A stretch of 64,000 nucleotides of DNA from Alphaproteobacteria bacterium (GCA_031426355.1 JANPLD010000027.1:18907-82906), one strand, 5' to 3'. Numbered from the stretch's first letter, positions 32,030 to 41,061 are shown. Notes: generated by a model not told the origin, from the letters alone. Numbers and translations are program-made.

Positions 32030-32761
32030 TTATTGGGTTCCGGCTATTCTGCTCACAGCATTACGAACCAAAGAATGCTGATCATTAATAATTTTAGCTA
32101 TCTGTTGAACATCACGGCTGACATCGATCAGTTCGGTAAGTTGGTATACAGAATTCACGTTGGAGTTTTCCACCGTGCCCTGTGATATTTTAAAAGTTGT
32201 AGGGTCAGCGGTTTCCGGGCCTTGAGGGCTGGCAAAATAAGTGTTTCCAACTTTTCTCAATTGTGACTGGTCAGCAAAATTAACTATTCCAATGGTACCT
32301 CTTGAAACTCTCAGGTCATTATTAAGGGCTGTTATTTCACCATTACCAGCTATTAATATTTCTGTGTCGTTAGGGTCCATATTAATGGCGCCGCCATCAC
32401 CCTGAACGGCGTAACCTTCAGGTGTTACTATTTGCCCTTCAGCATTCAATGTGAAAGAGCCTGCGCGTGTGAACCTTGGTCCAAGCGGGGTATCAACCTC
32501 AAAAAAACCGTTACCATCTATGGCTACATCAAGTGGCCTGCCAGTAGCGTTGAGTGGCCCTGCCTGCATATCTGAGGCGGTTGTCATCATTGGGGTAGGG
32601 ACAACTTTGCCATTAACTACTGAGTTATCTTTAAGGTAAACTGAAAGGTCAGATTTAAAGCCGTTGGTATTTGCGTTAGCGACATTGTTCGCCAGAACGT
32701 CAAGACGGTCAAAAAGACTTTTCTGTTTTACGTATGCAATTACTTCTGTTTCCATAACCAA
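32030..32761 (-). CDS. flgF: flagellar basal-body rod protein FlgF
   Basis: 243 aa. N-terminal LANNVANANTNGFK and C-terminal GTVENSNVN motifs. The start could be the second Met at 32755. Confidence 0.85.
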   Translation of the reverse strand: MVMETEVIAYVKQKSLFDRLDVLANNVANANTNGFKSDLSVYLKDNSVVNGKVVPTPMMTTASDMQAGPLNATGRPLDVAIDGNGFFEVDTPLGPRFTRAGSFTLNAEGQIVTPEGYAVQGDGGAINMDPNDTEILIAGNGEITALNNDLRVSRGTIGIVNFADQSQLRKVGNTYFASPQGPETADPTTFKISQGTVENSNVNSVYQLTELIDVSRDVQQIAKIINDQHSLVRNAVSRIAGTQ

Positions 32762-33017
32762 CTATGCAAAAATTTCATATAGCCGAATATATAAAGCGGA
32801 AATTATGCCAAAAATTTATGGAGTTTTTATATTGATTGGGAGTGTGTCGGATCGGTAACGGCGCTAATTGTGTTTGAAGTTGCTGGTATTAAATTAAAAC
32901 CAGGAATTTCAGCTTCACTCTTAATAAGAGCTATGTTTAACCCCAGAGATTTAGAATTTTTCCTAAATCCATCTTGTAACTGTTCTATCTTTTTTGAAGA
33001 TTTATCACACAATCTAA

Positions 33018-33218
33018 TTATCGGTGTGGTGAGTCTCCGCCCATATCTATGCCGCCGCCTGTAGATGGTGAGAGATGGTCTCCAGGAGATACATCTGATA
33101 CATTATGCCCTCTATACCAAGAAAAGTCTATATTCCACAAATGCATTTTAACTCCCGCTGATGCAAGCTTGTTAGCTGCTTCCATCTGAACATGTGTACT
33201 AGCTCCACCACCGCTCAT
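33018..33218 (-). CDS. hypothetical small protein (very uncertain)
   Basis: 66-aa ATG-initiated ORF in a 540-bp gap that is otherwise unassigned. Visibly higher G+C than its flanks, with only a weak RBS (AGG). No family is recognisable. Confidence 0.2.
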   Translation of the reverse strand: MSGGGASTHVQMEAANKLASAGVKMHLWNIDFSWYRGHNVSDVSPGDHLSPSTGGGIDMGGDSPHR

Positions 33219-33304
33219 AATACTAACCTAATTAATTATTATATTTATCATTATACTCCATAATCATTAACAAATCATTAACAACTTGAATAAAATTTTA
33301 GGAG

Positions 33305-34420
33305 CTAGATCGAGTCAGGTTGGTGTTTGTATATCTTATTGAATTCTAAATGAAATTCTTCAAACCTATTTTTTTTTATAGCATTTCTCATGTCTTTCAT
33401 AAGGTCCAAATAAAAAGCGAGGTTAGCCTGAGTACAAAGCATGCAACCCAGTATCTCATCAGATTTCATCAAGTGATTTAAATATCCTTTTGAATATTGG
33501 CTTAATGCTTTGTGAGAGCTTGAGGCGTCGATGGGATCTTTATCATCGGCAAATTTTGCATTCTTGATATTTATCGCGCCGTTTTTTGTAAATATCTGTC
33601 CGTTACGCGCATTCCTTGTTGGCAGAACGCAATCAAACATATCTATTCCCCTTGCGACTGCTTCAACCAGATCATCAGGTTTGCCAACACCCATCAGATA
33701 GCGCGGTTTATCTTTCGGCAGCATTGGTGCAGTAAAATCCAGAACACGTAACATTTCTTCCTGGCCTTCACCAACGGCGAGGCCGCCAATTGCCATTCCG
33801 TCAAAATCCATCTGGTTTAAATTTTCTGCTGAAAATTTTCTCAAATCTTCATAGATGCTTCCCTGAACAATTCCAAAAAGGCCGTAACCATTGCGTTTCT
33901 TAAATGATTTTTTACTTCGTTCTGCCCATCTTAATGAAAGCTCCATGGATTTTTTTGCGATATCGTGGGTAGCGGGAAAGGGCGTGCATTCATCAAATAT
34001 CATGGTGATGTCTGAACCGAGCAGATGCTGTATCTCCATTGAGCGTTCAGGAGATATCATATGCGGTGAGCCGTCGATATGAGATTGAAAGCTTACGCCT
34101 TCTTCATTTATTTTTCTTATCTTAGACAGGCTCATTACCTGAAACCCACCTGAATCAGTAAGGATCGGTTTATCCCAGTTCATGAATTTATGAAGCCCGC
34201 CGAATTCCGCAATTCTTTCGGATGTAGGGCGCAAATTCAAATGGTAAGTATTACCTAATATTATTTGAGCGCCAAGGTCATTAAGATCATTAACGGTTGC
34301 AGCTTTTACTGTTCCTGCAGTTCCAACCGGCATGAATATTGGTGTTTCAATATTACCGTGGGCTGTTTCAAGTGTTCCAAAGCGAGCATTGCCCGAAGTT
34401 TTATGTAAGGTGAATTTCAT
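33305..34420 (-). CDS. tgt: tRNA-guanine transglycosylase (queuine tRNA-ribosyltransferase)
   Basis: 371 aa. PIFMPVGT, TDSGGFQ, and a Zn-site C..C..C...H-type region (CMLCTQ...). Confidence 0.95.
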   Translation of the reverse strand: MKFTLHKTSGNARFGTLETAHGNIETPIFMPVGTAGTVKAATVNDLNDLGAQIILGNTYHLNLRPTSERIAEFGGLHKFMNWDKPILTDSGGFQVMSLSKIRKINEEGVSFQSHIDGSPHMISPERSMEIQHLLGSDITMIFDECTPFPATHDIAKKSMELSLRWAERSKKSFKKRNGYGLFGIVQGSIYEDLRKFSAENLNQMDFDGMAIGGLAVGEGQEEMLRVLDFTAPMLPKDKPRYLMGVGKPDDLVEAVARGIDMFDCVLPTRNARNGQIFTKNGAINIKNAKFADDKDPIDASSSHKALSQYSKGYLNHLMKSDEILGCMLCTQANLAFYLDLMKDMRNAIKKNRFEEFHLEFNKIYKHQPDSI

Positions 34421-34507
34421 TAACGGTTTGTTAATCTTTATATGTTAAAAGTTAGTTATCTAGATTCATAACTAACTAATTAAAAATAAAAACTAAAAAG
34501 GGAAACA

Positions 34508-35530
34508 ATGAAAAATGAATTTTTAAAACAAGTAGGTTGGCAGCAGCAACTGCAGAATTCTGAAGAGCCTGTAGAAACCAGAGCGGAACTTCAACTAAGG
34601 CTAATGCAGGTTGAACAGTTATTGGAAAAAAGGAAAGGACTTTATATTGGTGGTTATGTTAAAGGTGAGATTAATGTTATTGATCCAGATAAGTTTCAGA
34701 AAGCAGCAGAAAAGTGGCAAAAAGATTATGAAATAAAGAATGGTCCGGTTGATAAGAAGATATCTGATTTGATAAAAGATAATAATGGGATACTTGATAT
34801 TTTTCTTGAGGAATTAAAAACAGAAACAGCAGCTGCAGTAAAAAATTTTAAAGAACCTGTTAAAGATAAAAATCCAGAGCAAAATAATAAGGTTAAAACG
34901 CAAACGCCGTCTGTTGTTGCTCAAGCACATAAGAGCGAAGTATCTAAACAAGAAATGGTGGTTGAAAGTCCTAAAAAAGCTCTAGAAAATTCTGAAGAAA
35001 CCAGAGAAACTTTGCAGAAAAGGCTTGGCCAGATCAATTCCATACTTGGAAATAAAGAAAAATATACAGGGATGAACGGAGCGGTTCTTGATCTTGAAAA
35101 GTTTCAACAAAAAGCGTTTTTATGGCTTAATAATAATGAAAAAAATGCAGATGATTGGGTGAAAAATAAAATTACTAACTCATCTCGAGAAAGTTTATAT
35201 GTAAATTTTCTTAGCAAAAAAGAAGAGTTGGAAATAGCCCTTAAAGAACCGGAAAAAGCTCCTGTTATAGAGCAAAAAAATCAACCCGCAGCAAATAGCT
35301 TAGTTAGGCCAGAGCCAGATGCTATTACCCATCTTATTTTTGATGCTTTAGTTAATGATGCAAAAACTCCTGAGATAGTTGATAATGATGAGTTTAAAAA
35401 AATAGTGGAAGAAGGAAAAAAATTAAAAGCGGCAATAACAAAGAATGAAGGAAATGGAACAATAGATGTTACTCCGCAAGAGGGTTCTAAACTTAAGAAA
35501 AGAACTTATGAACAAATAAAATTTCATTAA
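34508..35530 (+). CDS. hypothetical Lys/Glu-rich protein with an internal ~85-aa duplication
   Basis: 340 aa with no signal peptide. NSEEPVETRAELQLRL...DPDKFQKAAEKWQKDYE is repeated as NSEETRETLQKRL...DLEKFQQKAFLWLNNNE. Confidence 0.55.
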   Translation: MKNEFLKQVGWQQQLQNSEEPVETRAELQLRLMQVEQLLEKRKGLYIGGYVKGEINVIDPDKFQKAAEKWQKDYEIKNGPVDKKISDLIKDNNGILDIFLEELKTETAAAVKNFKEPVKDKNPEQNNKVKTQTPSVVAQAHKSEVSKQEMVVESPKKALENSEETRETLQKRLGQINSILGNKEKYTGMNGAVLDLEKFQQKAFLWLNNNEKNADDWVKNKITNSSRESLYVNFLSKKEELEIALKEPEKAPVIEQKNQPAANSLVRPEPDAITHLIFDALVNDAKTPEIVDNDEFKKIVEEGKKLKAAITKNEGNGTIDVTPQEGSKLKKRTYEQIKFH

Positions 35531-35667
35531 GTAAGTTTGTTAGTTGTATTAAAAGAAAAAGCTATCTCTGCAGAAGAATTTCTGGAAAAAGAAGGAAAAG
35601 ACAAATCTAAAAATATTGGAAAAGGTCGTAGCAGAAATTAAGCAACATAGTTGATTTATGTAATTAA

Positions 35668-37020
35668 TTATGTTCCTGCTATCGTCATTCCCTCAATCAT
35701 CAGGGTTGGGGCATTTTTGGAATAACGCATGTTAAGATCGTTAGCTGCAGTAAGATTCATAAACATTTCGAGGAGGTTCCCTGCAATGGTTATTTCTGAA
35801 ACGGGATAGGTCAGAACGCCATTCTCGATCCAGAAACCGCTGGCACCTTGGCTGTAATCTCCGGTGATACCATTTACACCCATACCGAAAGCATCAGTCA
35901 CATATAGACCCTGTGTAATATTTTTTATCAGGTCATTAAATGAAATATTCCCGCCTTCCATATACATGTTGGTTGAGGAAGGAGAGGGCTGAGTATTAAT
36001 TCCACGAGATGCTCTGCCGTTAGATTTTAGCCCAAGTTTTTGTGCAGAGCGCAGATCTAATATCCATGTTTTTAAAACTCCATTCTCAATTATGGTAAGT
36101 TTTTCACCTTTGATGCCTTCGGCATCAAATGGCTGGGAACCTAAGCCTTTTGGAAGAAGCGGGTTATCATATATATTGATGTTTTTTGGGAGTATCTGTT
36201 TTTCCATTTTGTCAAACAAGAAACTGGATTCTTTAACTATACTTGCGCCGTTGATAGCTCCAGCAAGGTTCCCGACAAAATCCCTTGAGACCCTTCTATC
36301 AAAAACAATGGGAACTTTCATGGTGTTTATTTTACGCGGATTTAATTTTCTGACTGTCCATTCAGCCGCGCCTTTACCAATATCAGAAGGGTTGCGTAAG
36401 TCGTCACGATGATGGGCGTAAGAATAATCATAATCAGTTTCCATTTCGGTGCCTTCACCTGCGATGGCGGAAACGGAAATATTGTAACCGGATGTTCTAT
36501 ATGACTGTGAAAAACCTTTTGAGGTAAGCATCACTGTTTCTGAGTGTGAATAGCTTGATTCCGCATATTCAGTATTGGTTATACCTTTGGATTCCAGGCA
36601 TGCAGTTTCCGCTTCATTTGCCCAGTTCTTAAGTTCATCAATGGTTGCGCCTTTATTACAATATATCTTCAGGCTTTCAACATCACTATTTTTTGTGAAT
36701 TCATTTTCTTCAGCCAAGCGATATGATCTGTCGGCTGGTGAAAATTTTGCCTGTTCTATAACTTTCTCAACTGTGGCTTTGATATTGTTTTCGAGTAGAT
36801 TATTGGTTGATACGAGAGCGATCTTCTGGCCGTCTTTATCATCCAGAAAAACCCTTATTCCAAGGTCACGCGTTTCAGATGATTCGATCGTTTCAGGTTT
36901 ACCCTTATGCTGACGGTAAGAGATATTAGTTGATTGCACTATCACAACATCTGCGGCACTTGCCCCGCTTTTAAGGGCGTGTTCAATTGTTAGATTCGCT
37001 GCGTTGAGGTTAGTGTTCAT
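35668..37020 (-). CDS. pmbA: TldD/PmbA-family metalloprotease (PmbA-like)
   Basis: 450 aa. The C-terminal region GDYSQGASGFWIENG...ITIAGN is typical of the family. Confidence 0.85.
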   Translation of the reverse strand: MNTNLNAANLTIEHALKSGASAADVVIVQSTNISYRQHKGKPETIESSETRDLGIRVFLDDKDGQKIALVSTNNLLENNIKATVEKVIEQAKFSPADRSYRLAEENEFTKNSDVESLKIYCNKGATIDELKNWANEAETACLESKGITNTEYAESSYSHSETVMLTSKGFSQSYRTSGYNISVSAIAGEGTEMETDYDYSYAHHRDDLRNPSDIGKGAAEWTVRKLNPRKINTMKVPIVFDRRVSRDFVGNLAGAINGASIVKESSFLFDKMEKQILPKNINIYDNPLLPKGLGSQPFDAEGIKGEKLTIIENGVLKTWILDLRSAQKLGLKSNGRASRGINTQPSPSSTNMYMEGGNISFNDLIKNITQGLYVTDAFGMGVNGITGDYSQGASGFWIENGVLTYPVSEITIAGNLLEMFMNLTAANDLNMRYSKNAPTLMIEGMTIAGT

Positions 37021-37400
37021 TTGTTTTTTGAATTATTTTCCATTCCTAAGCCTTTCGCAATATAAGTTAAGGCAAGCGTGTTTATACTTACGCCTTCAAA
37101 TTTTGCGCGGACGGAAAGCTCTTTATGGATTGTTTTAGGAAGTCTCTGAACAAATTTTCCGCTAAAATCATCACCTGGTAAAGTGCTTCCCGGTTTTGGT
37201 ATCTGCCTTTTTAAGTTTTTTGCTGTTTCTATCCATGCCTTAACAGCATCTCTTCCTTCTTCAAGCGTTGCTTTTATTGTATCTCCGTCAGATATGCAGC
37301 CGGGCAGATCGGGGAATTCTATCAAGTATCCCCCCCCGTCTCCTTTTGATAAAGGTTTAATAATGAACGGATATTCAAAATTTGTATCGCTTATTTTCAT
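37017..37400 (-). CDS. hicB: type II antitoxin HicB family (HicB fold + C-terminal RHH-like DNA-binding segment)
   Basis: 127 aa. GGGYLIEFPDLPGCISDGDT...A..EGRDA...WIE. A 4-nt overlap with hicA upstream and a 4-nt overlap with pmbA downstream. Confidence 0.8.
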   Translation of the reverse strand: MKISDTNFEYPFIIKPLSKGDGGGYLIEFPDLPGCISDGDTIKATLEEGRDAVKAWIETAKNLKRQIPKPGSTLPGDDFSGKFVQRLPKTIHKELSVRAKFEGVSINTLALTYIAKGLGMENNSKNK

Positions 37401-37633
37401 TTTTCTATTTCATCAATTAATTTAAGAAGCTTCTTAATATACACCGGTTTTATAGGTCTGCGCGCCGGTATAGTTAAGATATGTACTAGCTTCTGATGAG
37501 AAAAAGTTACATGACTTCCTGAGGTTGTTCTTTTTGCGAAGCCAAAGTGACAAGCTATCCTTTCCACATCTTCAACCCTCCAGTCTTGAGGGTTATTTCT
37601 CATTTTTTCCAGAATTTTCTCTATCTTACTCAT
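37397..37633 (-). CDS. hicA: type II toxin HicA family (YcfA-like mRNA interferase)
   Basis: 78 aa. The SGSHVTFSH...LTIPARRPIKPVYIKKLLKLI pattern is present, and the gene is upstream of and overlaps hicB. Confidence 0.7.
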   Translation of the reverse strand: MSKIEKILEKMRNNPQDWRVEDVERIACHFGFAKRTTSGSHVTFSHQKLVHILTIPARRPIKPVYIKKLLKLIDEIEK

Positions 37634-37635
37634 GA

Positions 37636-37649
37636 TATCATATATGATA
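37636..37649. promoter_or_regulatory. perfect 14-bp palindrome TATCATATATGATA immediately upstream of hicA (candidate operator)
   Basis: The sequence is self-complementary as read directly, and ends 3 nt upstream of the hicA ATG. It is AT-only, so a chance occurrence is plausible. Confidence 0.25.
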
Positions 37650-37663
37650 CTACTCAGTCAATA

Positions 37664-37698
37664 ATAAAAACAAAAATCCCCGCTGGTGTGCGGGGATT
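37664..37698 (-). terminator. Rho-independent terminator downstream of the parvulin gene
   Basis: Minus-strand hairpin aatccccgc / gcggggatt with a 6-nt loop, followed by tttttgttttt. Confidence 0.7.
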
Positions 37699-37727
37699 AT
37701 ATAGTCAAATTTCTGAAAAAATAAAAC

Positions 37728-38726
37728 TTATTTTACTTCGCCAGCAGCAGGTGCTACCGCAGGAGCTGGTTCAGTTGGTGCTACTGCAGAGGGAGCCGGA
37801 GCTGCCGGAGCGGCTGCATCAGTTGCAGCTGTTGTTGCATCAGCTGCCGCTGGAGCTTTTACAAGCTCAACCTGGATCTGGTTTGAAAGGCCTTCAATGT
37901 AATTTTTAACTGATTCAGAACCGAGCTGTTTTTCAATCCTTGGTTTTGCCTGATCGAAAGTTACTATCTCAGCATCTTTCATGTCTTCAACTTTGATGAT
38001 GTGCCAGCCGAATTCAGTTTTAACAGGGCCTGAAGTTTCGTTCTTACCAAGTTTTTTAACTGCGTCAGAGAACTCAACAACAAATTCCTCAGGGAAGATA
38101 TATCCAAGGTCACCACCACGAACTGCCGACTGTTTATCTACAGAAGTAGTTTTTGCGACAGAATCAAAACTTTGTGTTTTAAGTTTTTCTTCAGCGGCTT
38201 TTGCTTCAGCTTCACTTCTCACGAGAATATGTCTTACTTTATATTGCTGAGAGCTTTTTGCTTTGCCAACCAGTTCATCATAAGTTATTTTGATCTTCTC
38301 ATCAGTAACACCTTCAGTTGCGATCTTCTCAAGGAATTTTTCCTTATAGATATTCTCAACAAGGTCATCGATCCTGTTTTGAAGTTCTTTATCGTTCTGA
38401 ACGCCAGCTTCGTATGCTTTTTCAAGGATTTTGCGTTGTACTGCTGCTTCTTTAGTTACAGCTTCAAGGCCTTTTGCATCCATTTTGTTAAGGTCGATCT
38501 GGTCGCCTCTACCTTGCGTAATGAAATTCAGCCTTTCTTTTATTTCCTGTTCTTTTACTTCCCTCCCATCAGCTTTTGCGATAACTTCGCCTTCAAAATT
38601 CCTGGTGATTATCCTTCCGCTAGCTTCCGGTGCTCCGCCAAGACCGATATGATCTTTGTTCTGGAACAGAATTGCGCCTTCAGCAATTGCCGCAAGTGCA
38701 AGTATAGCTATAATAACGTTTTTCAT
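37728..38726 (-). CDS. peptidyl-prolyl cis-trans isomerase, parvulin (PpiC/SurA-like) with Ala/Pro-rich C-terminal tail
   Basis: 332 aa. N-terminal TM/signal anchor, rotamase motifs VRHILV...GGDLGYI...FGWHIIKVED, and a C-terminal APAAADATTAATDAAAPAAPAPS tail. Confidence 0.85.
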   Translation of the reverse strand: MKNVIIAILALAAIAEGAILFQNKDHIGLGGAPEASGRIITRNFEGEVIAKADGREVKEQEIKERLNFITQGRGDQIDLNKMDAKGLEAVTKEAAVQRKILEKAYEAGVQNDKELQNRIDDLVENIYKEKFLEKIATEGVTDEKIKITYDELVGKAKSSQQYKVRHILVRSEAEAKAAEEKLKTQSFDSVAKTTSVDKQSAVRGGDLGYIFPEEFVVEFSDAVKKLGKNETSGPVKTEFGWHIIKVEDMKDAEIVTFDQAKPRIEKQLGSESVKNYIEGLSNQIQVELVKAPAAADATTAATDAAAPAAPAPSAVAPTEPAPAVAPAAGEVK

Positions 38727-38820
38727 GTGATTTAATAGAATGTTGTAATAGTTAAAATCGTGCGTATATTAATCGCAAATTATTAGCATTCAAGAGTTAT
38801 ATATAAGTAAGTAAATTATA

Positions 38821-40884
38821 ATGAGTGATCTATTTTCATTGATGGGCGACCCTACTGATAAAAAAAAGAAGTCAGAAGAGGTAAAAAACGAACTTAAAAA
38901 AGCTCTCGTGCAGACAAAAGTCAAAAAAGATGACTCATACTCTGCTGACGATATTGAAGTTCTGGAAGGGCTTGAGCCTGTGCGTCGACGCCCGGGAATG
39001 TATATTGGCGGTACTGATGAAAATGCGTTGCACCATCTTGCGATAGAAGTTCTTGATAACGCGATGGATGAAGCTGTTGCAGGTCACGCGAAAGAAATCA
39101 CCGTCCACCTGAAAGAAAATAATACGCTTGAGATCATTGATAATGGCCGCGGCATCCCGATTGATGAGCATCCGAAGTTTCCGGGTAAATCTGCGCTTGA
39201 GATCATTCTTACAACGCTTCACTCAGGCGGAAAGTTCAATACTAACGTATATAAAACCTCAGGTGGTCTGCATGGTGTTGGTGTATCTGTTGTTAATGCA
39301 CTCGCAAGTTTCCTTGCGGTAGAAGTTATACGTAACGGCAAATTATACCGTCAGGAATATTCCCGTGGCGCGCCGCAGACAAAACTTAAAGTAGTTTCTG
39401 AAAATATAAAAGGGAAGGGTACTAAAGTAATTTTTACCCCTGATGAAGATATTTTCGGTAAACACAGGTTCAAGGCTGAGAAGCTTTATTCCATGGTGAA
39501 ATCCAAAGCCTACCTTTTTTCGGGCGTAACAATAAACTGGATATGCGAAGCTTCGCTCATAAATTCTGATAAGCCAGTTCCTACCGAAGAAAAAATATGT
39601 TTCAAAAATGGTATCCGTGATTTCATCAATGATATAACTGCCAATGTCGATGTTCTGGGTCGGGATTACTTTTTTGGTGCCAATGAGCTTGCAAATGATA
39701 AAGGCAAAGTTGAGTGGACGATCATCTGGCCAAATATTGACGCTGAAGATGTTGAGGCAACTAGCCATTCATATTGTAATACTATTTCAACGCCTCTTGG
39801 CGGAACACATGAAACGGGCTTTAGAACTGCTATTGCGCGTTCTGTTCGTGAATATGCTGAAAAAACGATTGGTAAAAGATCAGAAAAAATAACTACGGAA
39901 GACGTATTCTCTAATACCATATTTGTTCTGTCGCTTTTCATATCTGAGCCGCAATTTCAAGGGCAAACCAAAGAAAAACTACTTAACCAGGAAGCTGCAA
40001 AACTCGTTGAGAATGCCGTAAAAGACAGGTTCGATAACCTACTTGCTCAAAGCAAAGAGCTTGCAGGAAGTTTGATTGAAACGATAATCAATTATGCGGA
40101 AGACAGGATTTCCCGCAGGATGAAAAAAGATACTGCTCGTAAAACCCTTACTACCAGATTACGTTTACCGGGTAAACTTGCAGATTGTGCCTCTGAAAAT
40201 ATTGATGATACCGAGCTTTTCATTGTGGAAGGTGATTCAGCGGGTGGTTCTGCCAAGCAGGCGCGTGACCGTAATACTCAGGCGATACTCCCAATTCGCG
40301 GTAAAATTCTCAATGTTGCCTCTGCAACTGATGACAAGATCTATGCGAACCAGGAAATAAAAGACCTTGGTATAGCGCTTGGCGTTGGAACTGGCCGTGA
40401 TTTTAAAACATCTGACCTCCGTTACGGTAAAGTTATAATCATGACAGATGCCGACGTTGACGGAGCTCACATTGCAACTTTACTTATGACATTCTTCTAC
40501 CGTTCAATGCGTCCGATGATCGAAGATGGCAGGTTATATCTTGCCAAACCACCGCTCTACAGGCTCAAATCTGGCGACCAGATAATTTACGCTGCTAATG
40601 ATGAAGAGAAAAACAAAATCCAGGCAAAGCTTTCAGAAAATGGCAAGAAAAAACTAGAAATAGGCCGCTTCAAGGGTCTTGGTGAAATGATGCCAGCCCA
40701 GCTTAAAGAAACTACTATGAATCGCAAAACGCGCACGCTTTTAAAAGTTGTCCTTGAAGAAGACCGCTCAATATCCGAAAATATGGTTGAAGACTTAATG
40801 GGCAAAAAGCCCGAAAAACGCTTCGCCTTTATTACCGAAAAAGGTATCGCATCACCTGAGATATTTAAAGAGTTGGATATTTAG
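38821..40884 (+). CDS. parE: DNA topoisomerase IV subunit B
   Basis: 687 aa. GHKL ATPase (VLDNAMDEAVAGHA), Toprim (EGDSAGG, IMTDADVDGAHI), and PGMYIGGTD. The length and the lack of the long GyrB insertion favour ParE over GyrB. Confidence 0.85.
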   Translation: MSDLFSLMGDPTDKKKKSEEVKNELKKALVQTKVKKDDSYSADDIEVLEGLEPVRRRPGMYIGGTDENALHHLAIEVLDNAMDEAVAGHAKEITVHLKENNTLEIIDNGRGIPIDEHPKFPGKSALEIILTTLHSGGKFNTNVYKTSGGLHGVGVSVVNALASFLAVEVIRNGKLYRQEYSRGAPQTKLKVVSENIKGKGTKVIFTPDEDIFGKHRFKAEKLYSMVKSKAYLFSGVTINWICEASLINSDKPVPTEEKICFKNGIRDFINDITANVDVLGRDYFFGANELANDKGKVEWTIIWPNIDAEDVEATSHSYCNTISTPLGGTHETGFRTAIARSVREYAEKTIGKRSEKITTEDVFSNTIFVLSLFISEPQFQGQTKEKLLNQEAAKLVENAVKDRFDNLLAQSKELAGSLIETIINYAEDRISRRMKKDTARKTLTTRLRLPGKLADCASENIDDTELFIVEGDSAGGSAKQARDRNTQAILPIRGKILNVASATDDKIYANQEIKDLGIALGVGTGRDFKTSDLRYGKVIIMTDADVDGAHIATLLMTFFYRSMRPMIEDGRLYLAKPPLYRLKSGDQIIYAANDEEKNKIQAKLSENGKKKLEIGRFKGLGEMMPAQLKETTMNRKTRTLLKVVLEEDRSISENMVEDLMGKKPEKRFAFITEKGIASPEIFKELDI

Positions 40885-40897
40885 TTTTTTTCTATTT

Positions 40898-41061
40898 GTC
40901 ATTGTGAGCGAAAGTCAAAGGCTGAGTGTGGGAATCCAGAAGTAGCGATAATGCGTTTAATACTTTAGGATTGCTTCATTCCCGCGAAAGCGGAAATTCA
41001 CCATGGAAATCAGAGTTCTTACTATTTTTAGGTTGGATACCTGCTTTCGCAGGTATGACTC
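40898..41061. repeat. composite palindromic repeat: a partial element (40898-40972) abutting a full ~89-bp copy of the GTGTCAT...ATGACAC family (40973-41061)
   Basis: The stretch 40973-41061 (gcttcattcccgcgaaagcgg...ggatacctgctttcgcaggtatgactc) is collinear with the copy at 47038-47124. The stretch 40898-40972 begins gtcattgtgagcgaaag...gggaatccagaag, like a left arm of the copy at 42754-42840 read in reverse. Confidence 0.6.
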
